A DNA stretch of 64,000 bases from Pristiophorus japonicus. Lineage: Eukaryota. The stretch lies in contig NC_091999.1 in the NCBI RefSeq assembly GCF_044704955.1, positions 47,864,001-47,928,000 of the forward strand, read 5' to 3'. Both the position numbers and the translations under genes were made by a program. The notes below the pieces were generated by a model. That model saw only the letters and a list, made by a program, of their open reading frames with translations, was not told where the DNA came from and ran no database searches. Numbering within the stretch: position 1 is the stretch's first letter; each line of letters opens with the position of its first letter. Shown here piece by piece: positions 26,301 to 38,600 of the stretch.

Positions 26301-27193
26301 TATTGTTTTGTTCAAAGTTTCAGAGAGTACCAATAACTGGATTTGACAATGATGGTTTTCATTATATTCTAGTTATGTATAATATTATGTTTCAGGTTGT
26401 TAGTATGTCTTTATATGTAAGTCTTTGTGTGTTCATGTGTAATTGTGCACTTACACAAAAACACAAACTTATACAAAATCATCAAAACACTTACATGTGA
26501 ACACACACAAACTCACTTTCACATGTATTCTCCTCCGCTCTGTGTAAATGTGTTCTGTGTGAGGCGCAATGTGACATCAGCCGAACGATTGCAACAATTC
26601 AACCGATGGGCTTCAGCAACATCAGGGACACAACTGTGAGAAACCCGCAGAGGATTCAGTCACCAGTTGAGACATGGCCCATTAGAATTCAACATGTTAG
26701 TTTACAATTAACATTGACTGTTGCACCCCCAACCCTATTTAAAAATATTACGTGAAATAAATAGTTATTTCAGAATATAATACTCATATGGCAAGTTTAA
26801 AATTTTTAGATCATGGGTTAGAATGTACGATGGCAACTTAGTGCATTAAAAAGAGAGTGGTTCACTTCCCATCTCCCTGCAGGAGGGGCAGTGGGGGTTA
26901 CATGAATTACACGTTTCCCTTTCTCCTCTCGCTGGTGCGTGTGAGAGGTACAGTGAGTTAAAATTACCCTTTACTCCCTCTCAGCTGAAGTTACCTTCAG
27001 GAATCCTGTAATGAGAGAACTCCACCCAGTTTCTAACTCATGCTGTATCTGAGCTGGGAGCGCTGGCTGTACAAGCCTTGGGACCAAGATCCGCAAACAC
27101 CCTACTTCAGATAAACAGCCCTCACATTGGTCAAAATAGGAAACATAATTAATTGAGCGGCTGTGTGTTTAACTCACGATGGAAGAAAAGCCC

Positions 27194-27250
27194 TTTATTG
27201 TTTTTTAGTTAAGAACTGAAATGCAATCGAGACATTCTCATTGACAAGAA
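27194..27250 (-). pseudogene. Distal end of IgM secretory tailpiece (SCQ-stop) and poly(A) signal
   Basis: Minus strand T TCT TGT CAA TGA (stop 27238-27240), AATAAA at 27194-27199; completes ...LMDTF at 48862+, matching the shark mu tail ...LMDTINSCQ. Confidence 0.85.
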
Positions 27251-28475
27251 CGACTAAGAAAGCAATAAAGGAAGGAAAGATAGATTACAAAGGTAAACTT
27301 GCGCAAAACATGATTACGGATAGTAAAAGCTTTTACCGATATGTAAAACGGAAAAGAGTTTCTAAAGTAAATGTTGGTCCCTTAGAGGATGAGAAGGGCG
27401 ATTTAATAATGGGAAATGTGGAAATTGCTGAGAGCTTAAACAATTATTTTGCTTCGGTCTTCACAGTGGAAGACACAAAAACCATGCCAGAAATTGCTGG
27501 TTAAAGGAATGTGGGAAGGGAGGACCTTGAGATAATCACTATCACTAGTGGGGTAGTGCTGGACAGGCTAATGGGACTCAAGGTAGAAAAGTCCCCCGGT
27601 CCTGATGAAATGCATCGCAGGGATAAAGAGATAGTGGAAGTTATAGCAGATGCATTCGTTAAAATCCACCAAAACTCTCTGGACTCTGGGGAGGTACCAG
27701 CGGATTGGAAAGCAGCTAATGTAACACCTCTGTTTAAAAAAGAGGGCAGGCAAAAGGCAGGTAACTAAAGGCCGGTTAGTTTAACATCTGTAGTGGGGAA
27801 AATGCTTGAAACTATCATTAAGGAAGAAAGAGCGGGATATCTAGATTTGAATAGTGCAATCAAGCAGACACAGCATGGATTCATGAAGGGGAAATCATGT
27901 TTAACTAATTTACTGGAATTCTTTGAGGATATAAAGAGCATGGTGGATACAGGTGTACCGATAGATGTGCTGTATTTAGATTTTCAAAAGGCATTCGATT
28001 AGGTGCCACACAAAAGGTTACTGCAGAAGATAAAGGCACGTGGAGTCAGAGGAAAAGTATTAGCATGGATAGAAAATTGGCTGGCTAACAGAAAGCAGAG
28101 AGTCGCGATAAATGGGTCCTTTTTGGGTCGGAAATCGCTGGTTAGTGGTGTGCCACAGGGATCGGGGCTGGGTCTACAACTGTTTACAATATATATAGAT
28201 GACCTGGAAGAGGGGACAGAGTATAGTGTAACACAATTTGCAGATGACACAAAGATTAGTGGGAAAACGGGTTGTGCAGAGGACACAGAGAGGCTGCAAA
28301 GAAATTTAGATAGGTTAGAGAATGGGCTAAGATTTGGCAGATGGAATTCAATGTCGGAAAGTGTGAGGTCATCCACCTTGAGGGAAAAAAAACAGCAAAA
28401 GGGAATATTATTTGAATGGGGAGAAATTATAAAATGCTGCGATGCAGAGGGACTTGGGGGTCCTTGTGCATGAAA
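27251..28475 (+). mobile_element. CR1 LINE, 5' segment (host of the Tx1 array)
   Basis: Degenerate ORF2: KSPGPD, ANVTPLFKK, QHGFMKGKSCLTNL, FADDTK, ending at RDLGVLVHE. Confidence 0.93.
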
Positions 28476-31400
28476 CTCTTTTAGGAGCAAACAAAAAACA
28501 TTAAGCCGTGCCCCCCGATCTGGGGGAAACACCAACATTTACAAGGTTTATTTTTGGCACAAAAGCATATTTTTTCTCCAAGTGCCCCCTATAAAAGGGG
28601 CGGGGGACACTAAAAGCACCGGCAATTAAAACAAATTAACTTAAAAATATGAAATCAAGTTAAAATTTGGTTGCCGGGCGTGATGATGCACTCCAGTCCC
28701 TCTGGTGACCACCTCTTGCGGAAGGCAACGAGTGTACCGGTGGACACCGCATGCTCCATCTCCAGGGACACCCTTGACCGGATGTATGCGCGGAAGAGAG
28801 GCAGGCAGTCTGGCTGAACGACCCCCTCGACCGCCTGCTGCCTGGACCGGCTGAGGGCCCCCTTGGCCGTGCCCAGGAGCAGTCCTACGAGGAGGCCCTC
28901 GGACCTACCCGCTCCCCTCCGCACAGGGTGCCCGAAGATCAGGAGAGTGGGACTGAAGTGCAGCCAGAATTTCAGGAGCAGCCCCTTTAAATAACAAAAC
29001 AGGGGCTGCAACCTCGTGCACTCAATAAAAACATGGAACACGGACTCTTCCAGACCGCAGAAATTGCAGGCGGCCTGGGAGCCCGTGAACCGGCTTAAAA
29101 ATTTATTGCTCGGCACTGCTCCGTGCATCACCCTCCAGGCCAAGTCCCCGGCAAATAGTGGGAGGAACCCTGCGTAGAGTGCCCTCCATCAGGATCCCCC
29201 GCCTCCTCTGGACGGCAAGATGGTACGCAATGGCGTGTCCAGACGGCAGGCAAGGATGGCAAAGTTGAGAGTGTGTAGGAGCAGCCCGTACAGGAAACCC
29301 CTCCGCGCGGAACTGAAAGGCACGGAGGGGATTTCCCCGAGGCGGCTCAAGTTGTGAGGCGCCGGCCCCGAGGGAGGTTCCGGGGTTTGGCGCCGATGAG
29401 GAATTCCGTCCGGACGGGGGTCAGTTCGGATGGGATCTCCCCGCATGCTTGAGCCTCCTCGATGCACCTAATGGAGTCGGGGCCCAGAGCTGTTTTTAGC
29501 GACTCGATGGCATCAGCCGCGCGGCGGACGTTGGCAGAATTTAGGCGCCACGCCAGCGTGTCTGGCGCCATCCAAGCCGCTCCTCCGCCATCGAGCAGGT
29601 CCCTGACCCTGGTCACCTCACCAGCCAAAGCCCTCTCATCCGACCGCCACCTAAAACCTCGGTCGTGGAGGTACGGATTCCCGAGCAGTGGCTTCTGCAG
29701 GACGGCCGCCACTCCAGCCGGTGGAGAGCTGCGTTTGGTGGAGACTTTGTTCCAGACCCTGATGAGTTCCTTGTAAAAGACAGGCAGCTCCCGGAGGGCG
29801 GTCCTGACGCCCCCCACACTCACAAACAGGAGCTGCATGTCGTAATTGAGGTCGCGCTGCTGGCGGAAGAAATACGTCGCCAGAGCACGCCATCTAGGAG
29901 GGGGCTCGACGTAAACGTATCTCTGCAGTGTCTGAAGATGGAAAGTAGCAAGCTGGGCGCTGACGCACACCAACGACTGACCGCCCTCCCCAAGCGGGAG
30001 ACTCAAGACCGCGGCAGAGACCCAGTGCTTCCTGTTGTTCCAGAAGAAGTCCACCAGCTTCTTCTGTATCTTGGCGACAAACGCAGGTGGAGCGGTCAAA
30101 GTGACCAGCCGGTACCACAACATGGCGGCCACAAGCTGGTTTATGACTAGCGCTCGACCCCTGCAGGACAGCACTCGGAGCAGTCCTGTCCAGCGCCCTA
30201 GGCGAGCGGCGACCTTGGCCTCCAGCTCCTGCCAGTTCGCCACCCACACTTCCTCGTCCGGGCTAAGGTAGACTCCCAGATAGAGGAGATGGGTCGTGCT
30301 CCAGGCAAAAGTCCTGAGCTCCTCCGGCAGGGAGTCCACCCGCCACTGACCCACCAGGAGTCCGGAACATTTCTCCCAGTTGATTCTGGCGGAGGATGCG
30401 GCCGAGTAAATCTCCTGGCACTCACGCATTCTCCGCAGGTCAGCGGGATCCTCTACCGTGAGGAGCACGTCATCGGCATAAGCCGAGAGGACGAACTCCA
30501 CGCACGGCCCTTGCAGAGCCAGTCCCGTCAACCTCGTCCGCAAGAGGCGCAGGAAAGGCTCCACGCAAACGGCGTATAACTGGCCGGACATGGGGCATCC
30601 CTGGCGCACCCCTCTCCCAAAGCGAAGGGGCGCCGTCAAGGACCCGTTAACATTAATCAGACACTCCGCGGCGGTGTACAAAAGTCGGATCCGGGCGACG
30701 AAATGCGTCCCGAAGCCGAAAGCGCGCAGAGTTCCGAGCAGATAGTCATGATCCACCCTGTCGAACGCCTTCTCTTGGTCGAGAGATAGGAAGGCGACCG
30801 ACAGACCAGCCTCCTTGGAATAATGGATGATGTCCCGGACCAGATGGATGTTATCCTGGATTGACGGCCCGGGACCGTGTAGGACTGGTCGGGATAGATC
30901 ATGTGGTCCAGCACGGCACCAAGACAAGCAGACATCGCCCTGGCGAAGATTTTGTAGTCCGTGCTGAGGAGGGAGACCGGGCACCAGTTCTTAAGGCAGC
31001 GGAGATCACCCTTCTTAGGCAGCAGGACGATGACTGCCCTGCGCCAAAAGAGGGGCATCTCCACGGTCGCCAGACTTTCCCCCACGACCCGCGCGTAGTC
31101 GCCCCCCAGGACGTCCCAGAACGCCCTGTGGAACTCCACGGTTAGCCCGTCCAGCCCCGGGGATTTTCCCCTCGAGAGCCGGTCGAGGGCGCCAGTCAGC
31201 TCCGCCAGGCTTAGCGGAGCTTCCAGATTTTCGGCGCCCTCCGGGCTGACCTTCGGCAGGTCCTCCCACAAAACTCTACGCGCTTCCTCACTGGACGGCT
31301 CCGGAGAGAACAGGGCACCGTAATATTCACGGGCCCTGTTGTTGACGCCCTCCGGATCCGAGATAGAGCCGTCGTCGGCCAGCAGCGTCAAGAGCTGCTT

Positions 31401-34400
31401 ACGGACACTCTGCCTTTTTTCCAGCGAGTAGAAGAAGGGGGAGTCGCGGTCCAGATCCCGCAGGAACCGGATCCGTGACCTCACGAACGCGCCTCGGGAC
31501 CCGACGAGCTGCAGGTCATTTAGCGGGGCCTTCTTCGCTTCGTACACCGTCCGCAGGGCCGGGTCCCCGACGACTTGACCGAGATGGGCTTCCAGGTCGA
31601 GCACCTCTTTTTCTAGACGCCCGACCCTGGCCGCCCGCCTCTTGGTCGAATCCCTCGCGTACTCTTGATAGAAGACGCGGACGTGAGCCTTGCCCACGTC
31701 CCACCATAGCCTCAAGGAGGGGAAGCCCCCCTGCCTCCTTCTCCAGTCGGACCAGAAACGACGGAACGAGTCCTGGAACCGCACGTCCTCCAGCAGCTGG
31801 TTGTTAAAGTGCCAGTACGCGGACCCCGTCCTCGCGCGGAGCGAAGCGAGCTCCGCCCACACCAAGTGGTGGTCCGAACACGGCACCAGCCGCATGGAGG
31901 CCGCCGGGACACAGGAAACGTACCCCCGAGACACGTAAAGGCGGTCGACTGTGGACCATCCAACTCCAAGCCTCACCCAAGTAAAGGCGCTGGGGTCGGG
32001 GTGGAGATTTCGCCAGACGTCCACCAAGTCGAAGGACCCGACCAGGTCCCACAACTTCTCCATCGCCGTCATGCACTGCGGGGCACCGGAGCCGTCCCTC
32101 GCCTCGAGGGTGCAGTTAAAATCCCCCCCGAGGACAATGCAGTCGCCGACGTCGACGGAGCCAAGAAGAGCGGACACCTCTTCGAAGAAGCGCGTTTGCT
32201 GCGGGCCGGGCTGAGGGGCGTACACGTTCACGAGATGGAGCGGCACGTCCCCCAGGCGAACCGTTACGTGCAGCAAGCGGCCTGGCATGGGCTCCTCGAC
32301 CCCCAAGATCTCCGGCTGAAAATGCGGGGCCAGCAAGATGGCCACCCCACTAGAAGTGGCAGTGAGGTGGCTCATCAGGACCTCTCCTTGCCATTCCAGG
32401 AGCCACGTGGCTTCGTCTCCCGGAAAGGTGTGGGTTTCTTGCAGGAAGCACACCGCATATTTCCCCTCCCGCAGGAGCGAAAAATTGTTAAATCTACGGC
32501 GTGCCTCTCTGCTGCCGTTGATGTTGAGGCTGGCTATGGTTATCTTCATGACAAAAGCATAGTGCAACCTCGACCTAACCTATTGTGGCGGGGGGAGTGG
32601 AGTCGTTTGTTGACCTCCACTCCTTCAGCAGCCCAGCGAGGAACCTTTTGAGCCGGCGCAGCTCAAGGCCTTGCGCCTTTAGTAAGGGCCCGCCCGCGGC
32701 CATGGTTTTAGTGGCGGTGCGGACGGAAGCGATGAGCAGCCCCAGCTCGGATCATCTTTCCCGGGCCAGATGGGTTTGGTTGCGGCGACCCTGGCTCTGG
32801 ACCAAAAAGTCCCGGAGTTCCTCTACGGGAATGACGGGGGAATCAGCGGCGGTCACGAGGAGATCCACCGCCTCACTGGCGATGGACTCGAGATCTTCAC
32901 CCGCGTCCCCCACCGAGTCCCCGTCCTCCTCCGGGAGGTCGCCGTCAGCAGCCGGCCCGTCGACCGCACGAGGTACGGCAAACGGCCCGGCCGCTCCATC
33001 TGGCCCCGGCTCTGCCCCGATCCCACCCCCAGGATCGTCGGCAGAGGAGTCCCCACTGGGCTCTTGTAAAATTGGTACTGGGTCGGGAAGCGACAGCGGA
33101 AGGGGTTCCTCCTCCGCCCCAGGAACCGGGGAACACGGAGAGACCTGGTCAAAGTAATGTTCCAGGTCCACCAAGTACCCCAGCTCCAAAGTAGGTGGCG
33201 AAGGTTGTTGTTCTTCCCCCTCCCCGCCGCCACCCCCCCGGCCCAGCGTGTACAGAATCGTTAAAATTAATCCATTTTCAGTTTCTTCCGGGCCGAGCGA
33301 CTCTAGGGGGCAGATAATTAATAGCTGGGCGGGCTCAGGTTCGGCCTGTTCGGCCCCGGCTGCCTCAGTCCCGGGCACGCTCGACCCGGCGGCTACGCAT
33401 TCCACCGCTGGCCCCACGCCCCCCACGACAGGCAGATCATTCACGCCATCCCCGGGAGGCAGAGGCCGGGCAGCCTCGACTGCCTCACCCTCCCCGGGTA
33501 CAGATTCCTCGCGCCTACAGCGCAATTTGGGGGCTCTGGTGGGGGACGCGGGACACGCGGCGGGCACCGACTCCTCCGCGGAGGGATGTTGTTCCCCCTC
33601 CGCCTCATTGGAGCCGCACCTCCTTTTGTTCCTGGGAGGGCGTGGAGGCAGGGAGACCTTCATGTCTGCCGAGGCCTCCCGCTCCACCCCCGCCTTTTTC
33701 TTTTCTTGCCCGCGCCCGAGCGCCTCTGTGATACTGGTCAAGGGCTCGGGCACGGGCTCAGGGCACCCCGCGCTCGCCGGTGACGGGGTTGGCCCGAGCG
33801 CGGTAAACAGATTGTCTGGCGCACTGAGGGGTCCCGCCTCTAGATGTTTCGTCTTCTTCCGTGCCTTCTTTCCGCTCGGACGCTCTCCCTCCCCCCCGCC
33901 GGAGGCCGTGAAAACAAAGGCCTCCGACGATTCCCGCGCACCTACGGCTCCCGGCACGTGGACGCTACTCGGGGGAGGGGTGGCGGCGGCACCAGCCTTT
34001 GCCGCCTTCGGTGGTTTGGCGGCTTTGGAGGCGGGGCAGTTCTTGCGAACGTGCCCCACCTCCCTGCAGGCATGGCACCGCACGCCGTCCGACGTCCAGA
34101 AGACGCGGTAGGCAGTCCCCTCGTGCACCACATTAAAATAGCCCTCCGTCGTCTCCTCCCGCGCCAGCCGGACAAAGAGCTGATGGCGGAAGGAGAACAC
34201 ATGGCGCAGGCTGTTCTCCCTGAGGCCGAGCGGTATGGGGTTGATCCCCGGCCTTACCTCCCCCAGTTGGTGTAGGTGAGGAAGGAGGAGCTCAGCGGCA
34301 ACAAAGGGCGGGACGTTTGAAATGATGACCCTCTGCGCGGTGGCCTCGAGAGGATGCACCGGCAGGAACGTCCCGCCCACCGTGAGCCCCTTTTCAATGG

Positions 34401-35620
34401 CCAGGGACACCGCTCGCTCTGACCCCAGGAAGAACACGGCCTTCCCAGACATCTTGGAGGCTGCAACAATGGCCGAGTGGCCGACTACCCCAGCCATCGC
34501 CCGCACGCACTGCTCGATGCTCATTGTGGGGTGAGTGTAGCTCTTGACCCCGTGTTTCTTGGCTATAAGTCTGAATGGTGGCAGGGCAGCAGGAGGCACA
34601 GGAGGTGCCGTGGAAGCGGTTGCCACCTGCGCATATGTCCTCGCTGGCCCTGCCACCGGCGTGGATGGGGTCGCCATCACAGGGTCCCTTTAAGGCCTAC
34701 ACCCACCCCAAAGTCACAGGCCTTAATGGTCTTAAATGGCCTCGTTTAAGTATTTGAACAGAGGGAGCTCTGAAAGAGGCACACCTCTGCCCTAGTTGGC
34801 AATTGGGGAGGGGCCTTGCTCCCTCTGCTCAGTTGTCTTAATTGTTCTTGTCTTTTTTTCCCAATTGGGAGGAAAGGCTCTCAGAGAGAGAGGGGAGAGA
34901 CAGAGAAAGAGTGAAAGAGCCAGGCGACGTGGAAAAGAGGGAAGCTGCGAGGGCTGGTCTCCCCTCACAGCGATGGGTGGGTGCACTCCCCAGATGTCAA
35001 ACAAAACAGTCTTTGGGGTGGTCTTCGGGTGGGTGGAGAAGATGTCTTCACCTGGGACAGCTGGAGCCACACAGGTACACACTCCCAACGATGTTATTCA
35101 GGGTGATTGAGTTTCTTCAGCCAGGTAGCTCCAGCTATCCCAGGCTAGGCAATGGTGGAGGGGTGCTTCAGTGGTGTGTGGGCCTAGCTGTAGGCAAGAC
35201 CCCCACACACACTTCAACACACACACACACACACACACACACACCCCGCGATGTTCCGGCCCTCAATTGGTCTTCTTTCCTCCCCCCAACCGATAAAACA
35301 AAGTCTTTTTGGGGAATGCACCAAAACACACCCACCTCTGGTTGAAGAAGTCTTTCCCTCCTTCCACACTGGTAAGTTGTTGTTCTTTTTTTTTCCCCTC
35401 TCTCGAACTCTTCGTAGGAATAATAATGGTGTTGCAGTCTTCTGCTCTCCTCCTCTCACTCTGGATAAATGGTAATGAAGCTCCTTCCTTCCTCCTCCTA
35501 TTCCTGGTCTGTTCTCAGGGCTCAGTCAAGGCATCCCAGACAGGAGCAAAGCAGGGAGTTCCTTCTCTCTCAGCAGCACAGCTCCAAGTGAAGAGGCCAC
35601 GCCTCCAAAGCTCCACCATT
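28476..35620 (-). mobile_element. Tx1-clade non-LTR retrotransposon copy 1 (full length, ~7.1 kb)
   Basis: ~940-bp 5' UTR; ORF1 from 34677 with CHACREVGHVRKNC knuckle; ORF2 32549-28655 with APE endonuclease (IASLNING, GGDFN, SDH), RT (SLDQEKAFD, QGCPMS, YADD) and C-terminal CNFCG..ESVFHVFIEC; frameshifted. Confidence 0.93.
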
Positions 35621-35637
35621 GGTCTTTGTGCATCAAA

Positions 35638-38600
35638 CTCTTTTAGGAGTAAACAAAATAATTAAACCGTGCCCCCCGATCTGTGGGAAACACCAACATT
35701 TACAAGTCCCTTTTTTAAATTTTTTTTTTTTTTGGGGCACAGAATCAAATTTTTTTTCCAAGTGCCCCCTATAAAAGGGAAGGGGGACACTAAAAGCACC
35801 GGCAATTAAAACAAATTAACTTAAAAATATAAAATCAAGTTAAAATTTGGTTGCCGGGCGTGACGATGCACTCCAGTCCCTCTGGTGCCCACCTCTCGCG
35901 GAAGACCGCAAGCGTACCGGTGGACACCGCGTGCTCCATCTCCAAGGACACCCTGGACCGGATGTATGCGCAGAAGAGAGGCAGGAAGTATGGCTGAACG
36001 AACCCCTCGACCGCCTGCTGCCTGGACCGGCTGATGGCCCCCTTGGCCGTGCCCAGGAGCAGTCCTACGAGAAGGCCCTCGGACCTACCCGCTCCCCTCC
36101 GCACAGGGTGCCAGAAGATCAGGCGTGTGGGACTAAAGTGCAGCCAGAATTTCAGGAGCAGCCCCTTTAAATTACAGAACAGGGGCTGCAACCACGTGCA
36201 CTCAATAAAAACATGGAACACGGACTCTTCCAGACCGCAGAAATTACAGGCGGCCTGGGAGCGCGTGAACCGGCTTAAAAATTTATTGCACGGCACTGCT
36301 CCGTGCACCACCCTCCAGGCCAAGTCCCCGACAAATAGTGGGAGGACCCCTGCGTAGAGTGCCCTCCATCGAGGACCCCCGCCTCCTCCGCACGGCAAGA
36401 TGGTACGCCATGGCGTGTAAGGACAGCAGGCGAGGATGACAAAGTTGAGAGTGTGCAGGAGCAGCCCGTACAGGAAACCCCTCTGCGTGGAACTGAAAGG
36501 CATGGAGGGGATTTCCCCGAGGCGGCTCAAGTTGTGAGGCGCCGGCCCCCGAGGGAGGTTCCGGGGTTTGGCGCCGATGAGGAATTCCGTCTGGACGGGG
36601 GTCAGTTCGGACGGGATCTCCCCACGTGCTTGAGCCTCCTCGATGCACCTAAAGGAGTCGGGGCCCAGAGCTGTTTTTAGCGACTCGATGGCATCGGCCG
36701 CGTGGCGGACATTGGCAGAATTTAGGCGCCGCGCCAGCGTGTCTGGCGCCATCCAGCCCGCTCCTCCGCCATCGAGCAGGTCACTGACCCTGGTCACCTC
36801 ACCAGCCACAGCCCTCTCGTCCGACCGCCACCTAAAACCTCGGCCGTGGAGGTACGGATTCCCGAGCAGCGGCTCCTGCAGGACGGCCGCCACTCCAGCC
36901 GGCGGAGAGCTGCGCTTGGTGGAGACTTTGTTCCAGACCCTGATGAGTTCCTTGTAAAAGACAGGCAGCTCCCGGCGGGCTGTCCTGACGCCCCCCACAC
37001 TCACAAACAGGAGCTGCGTGTCGTAGTTGAGGCTGTGCTACTCGCGGAAGAAATACCTCGCCAGAGCACACCACCTAGGAGGGGGCTCGACGTAAAGGTA
37101 TCTCTTCAGGGTCTGAAGATGGAAATTCGCAAGCTGGGCGCTGACGCACACCAACGACTGACCGCCCTCCTCAAGCGGGAGACTCAAGACCGCGGCAGAG
37201 ACCCAGTGCTTCCTGTTGTTCCAGAAGAAGTCCACCAGCTTCTTCTGTATCTTGGTGGCAAACGCAGGGGAAGGGGTCAAAGTGACCAGCAGGTACCACA
37301 GCATTGCGGCCACCAGCTGGTTTATGACTAGCGCTCGACCCCTGTAGGGCAGCACTCGGAGCAGTCCTGTCCAGCGCCCTAGGCGAGCGGCGACCTTGGC
37401 CTCCAGCTCCTGCCAGTTCGCCGGCCAGGCTCCCTCGTCGGGGCGAAGGTAGTCTCCCCGGTAGAGGAGATGGGTCGTGCTCCAGGCAAAAGGCCTGAGC
37501 TCCTCCGGCAGGGAGTCCACCCGCCACTGACCCACCAGGAACCAGGAATATTTCTCCCAGTTGATTCTGGCGGAGGATGCAGCCGAGTAAATCTCTTGGC
37601 ACTCACGCATCCTCCGCAGGTCAGCGGGATCCTCTACCGCGAGGAGCACGTCATCGGCGTAAGCCGAGAGGACGACTTCCACGCCCGGCCCTTGCAGAGC
37701 CAGTCCCGTCAACCTCGTCCGCAAGAGGCGCAGGAAAGGCTCCACGCAGACGGCGTATAAATGGCCAGACATGGGGCATCCCTGGATCACCCCTCTCCTA
37801 AAGCGAAGGGGCGCCGTCAAGGACCCGTTAACCTTAATCACACACTCCACGGCGGCGTACAAAAGTCGGATCCGGGCGACGAAATGCGTCCCGAAGCCGA
37901 AAGCGCGCAGAGTTCCGAGCAGATAGTCGTGATCCACCCTGTCGAACGCCTTCTCTTGGTCGAGGGATAGGAAGGCGACCGTCAGACCAGCCTCCTGGAA
38001 ATGATGGATGAGGTCCCGGACCAGATGGATGTTAGCGTGGATTGTCCGGCCCGGGACCGTGCAGGACTGGTCGGGGTGGATCATGTGGTCCAGCACGGCA
38101 CCAAGGCGAGCAGACATCGCCCTGGCAAAGATTTTGTAGTCCGTGCTGAGGAGGGAGACCGGGCGCCAGTTTTTAAGGAGGCGGAGATCGCCCTTCTTAG
38201 GCAGCAGGACGATGACTGCCCTGCGCCAAGAGAGGGGCATCTCCCCGGTCGCCAGACTTTCCCCCAGGACCCGCGCGTAGTCGCTCCCCAGGACGTCCCA
38301 GAACGCCCTGTGGAACTCCACGGTCTGCCCGTCCAGCCCCGGGGATATTCCCCTCGAGAGCCGGTCGAGGGCACCGGTCAGCTCCGCCAGGCTTAGCGGA
38401 GCTTCCAGATTTTCGGCGCCCTCCGGGCTGACCTTCGGCAGGTCCTCCCACAAAACTCTATGCACTTCCTCGCTGGACGGATCCGGAGAGAACAGAGCCC
38501 CGTAATATTCACGGGCCATGTTGTTGACGCCCTCCGGATCCGAGATAGAGAGCCGTCGTCGGCCAGCAGCGTCAAGCGCTGCTTACCGACACCCTCTCTT

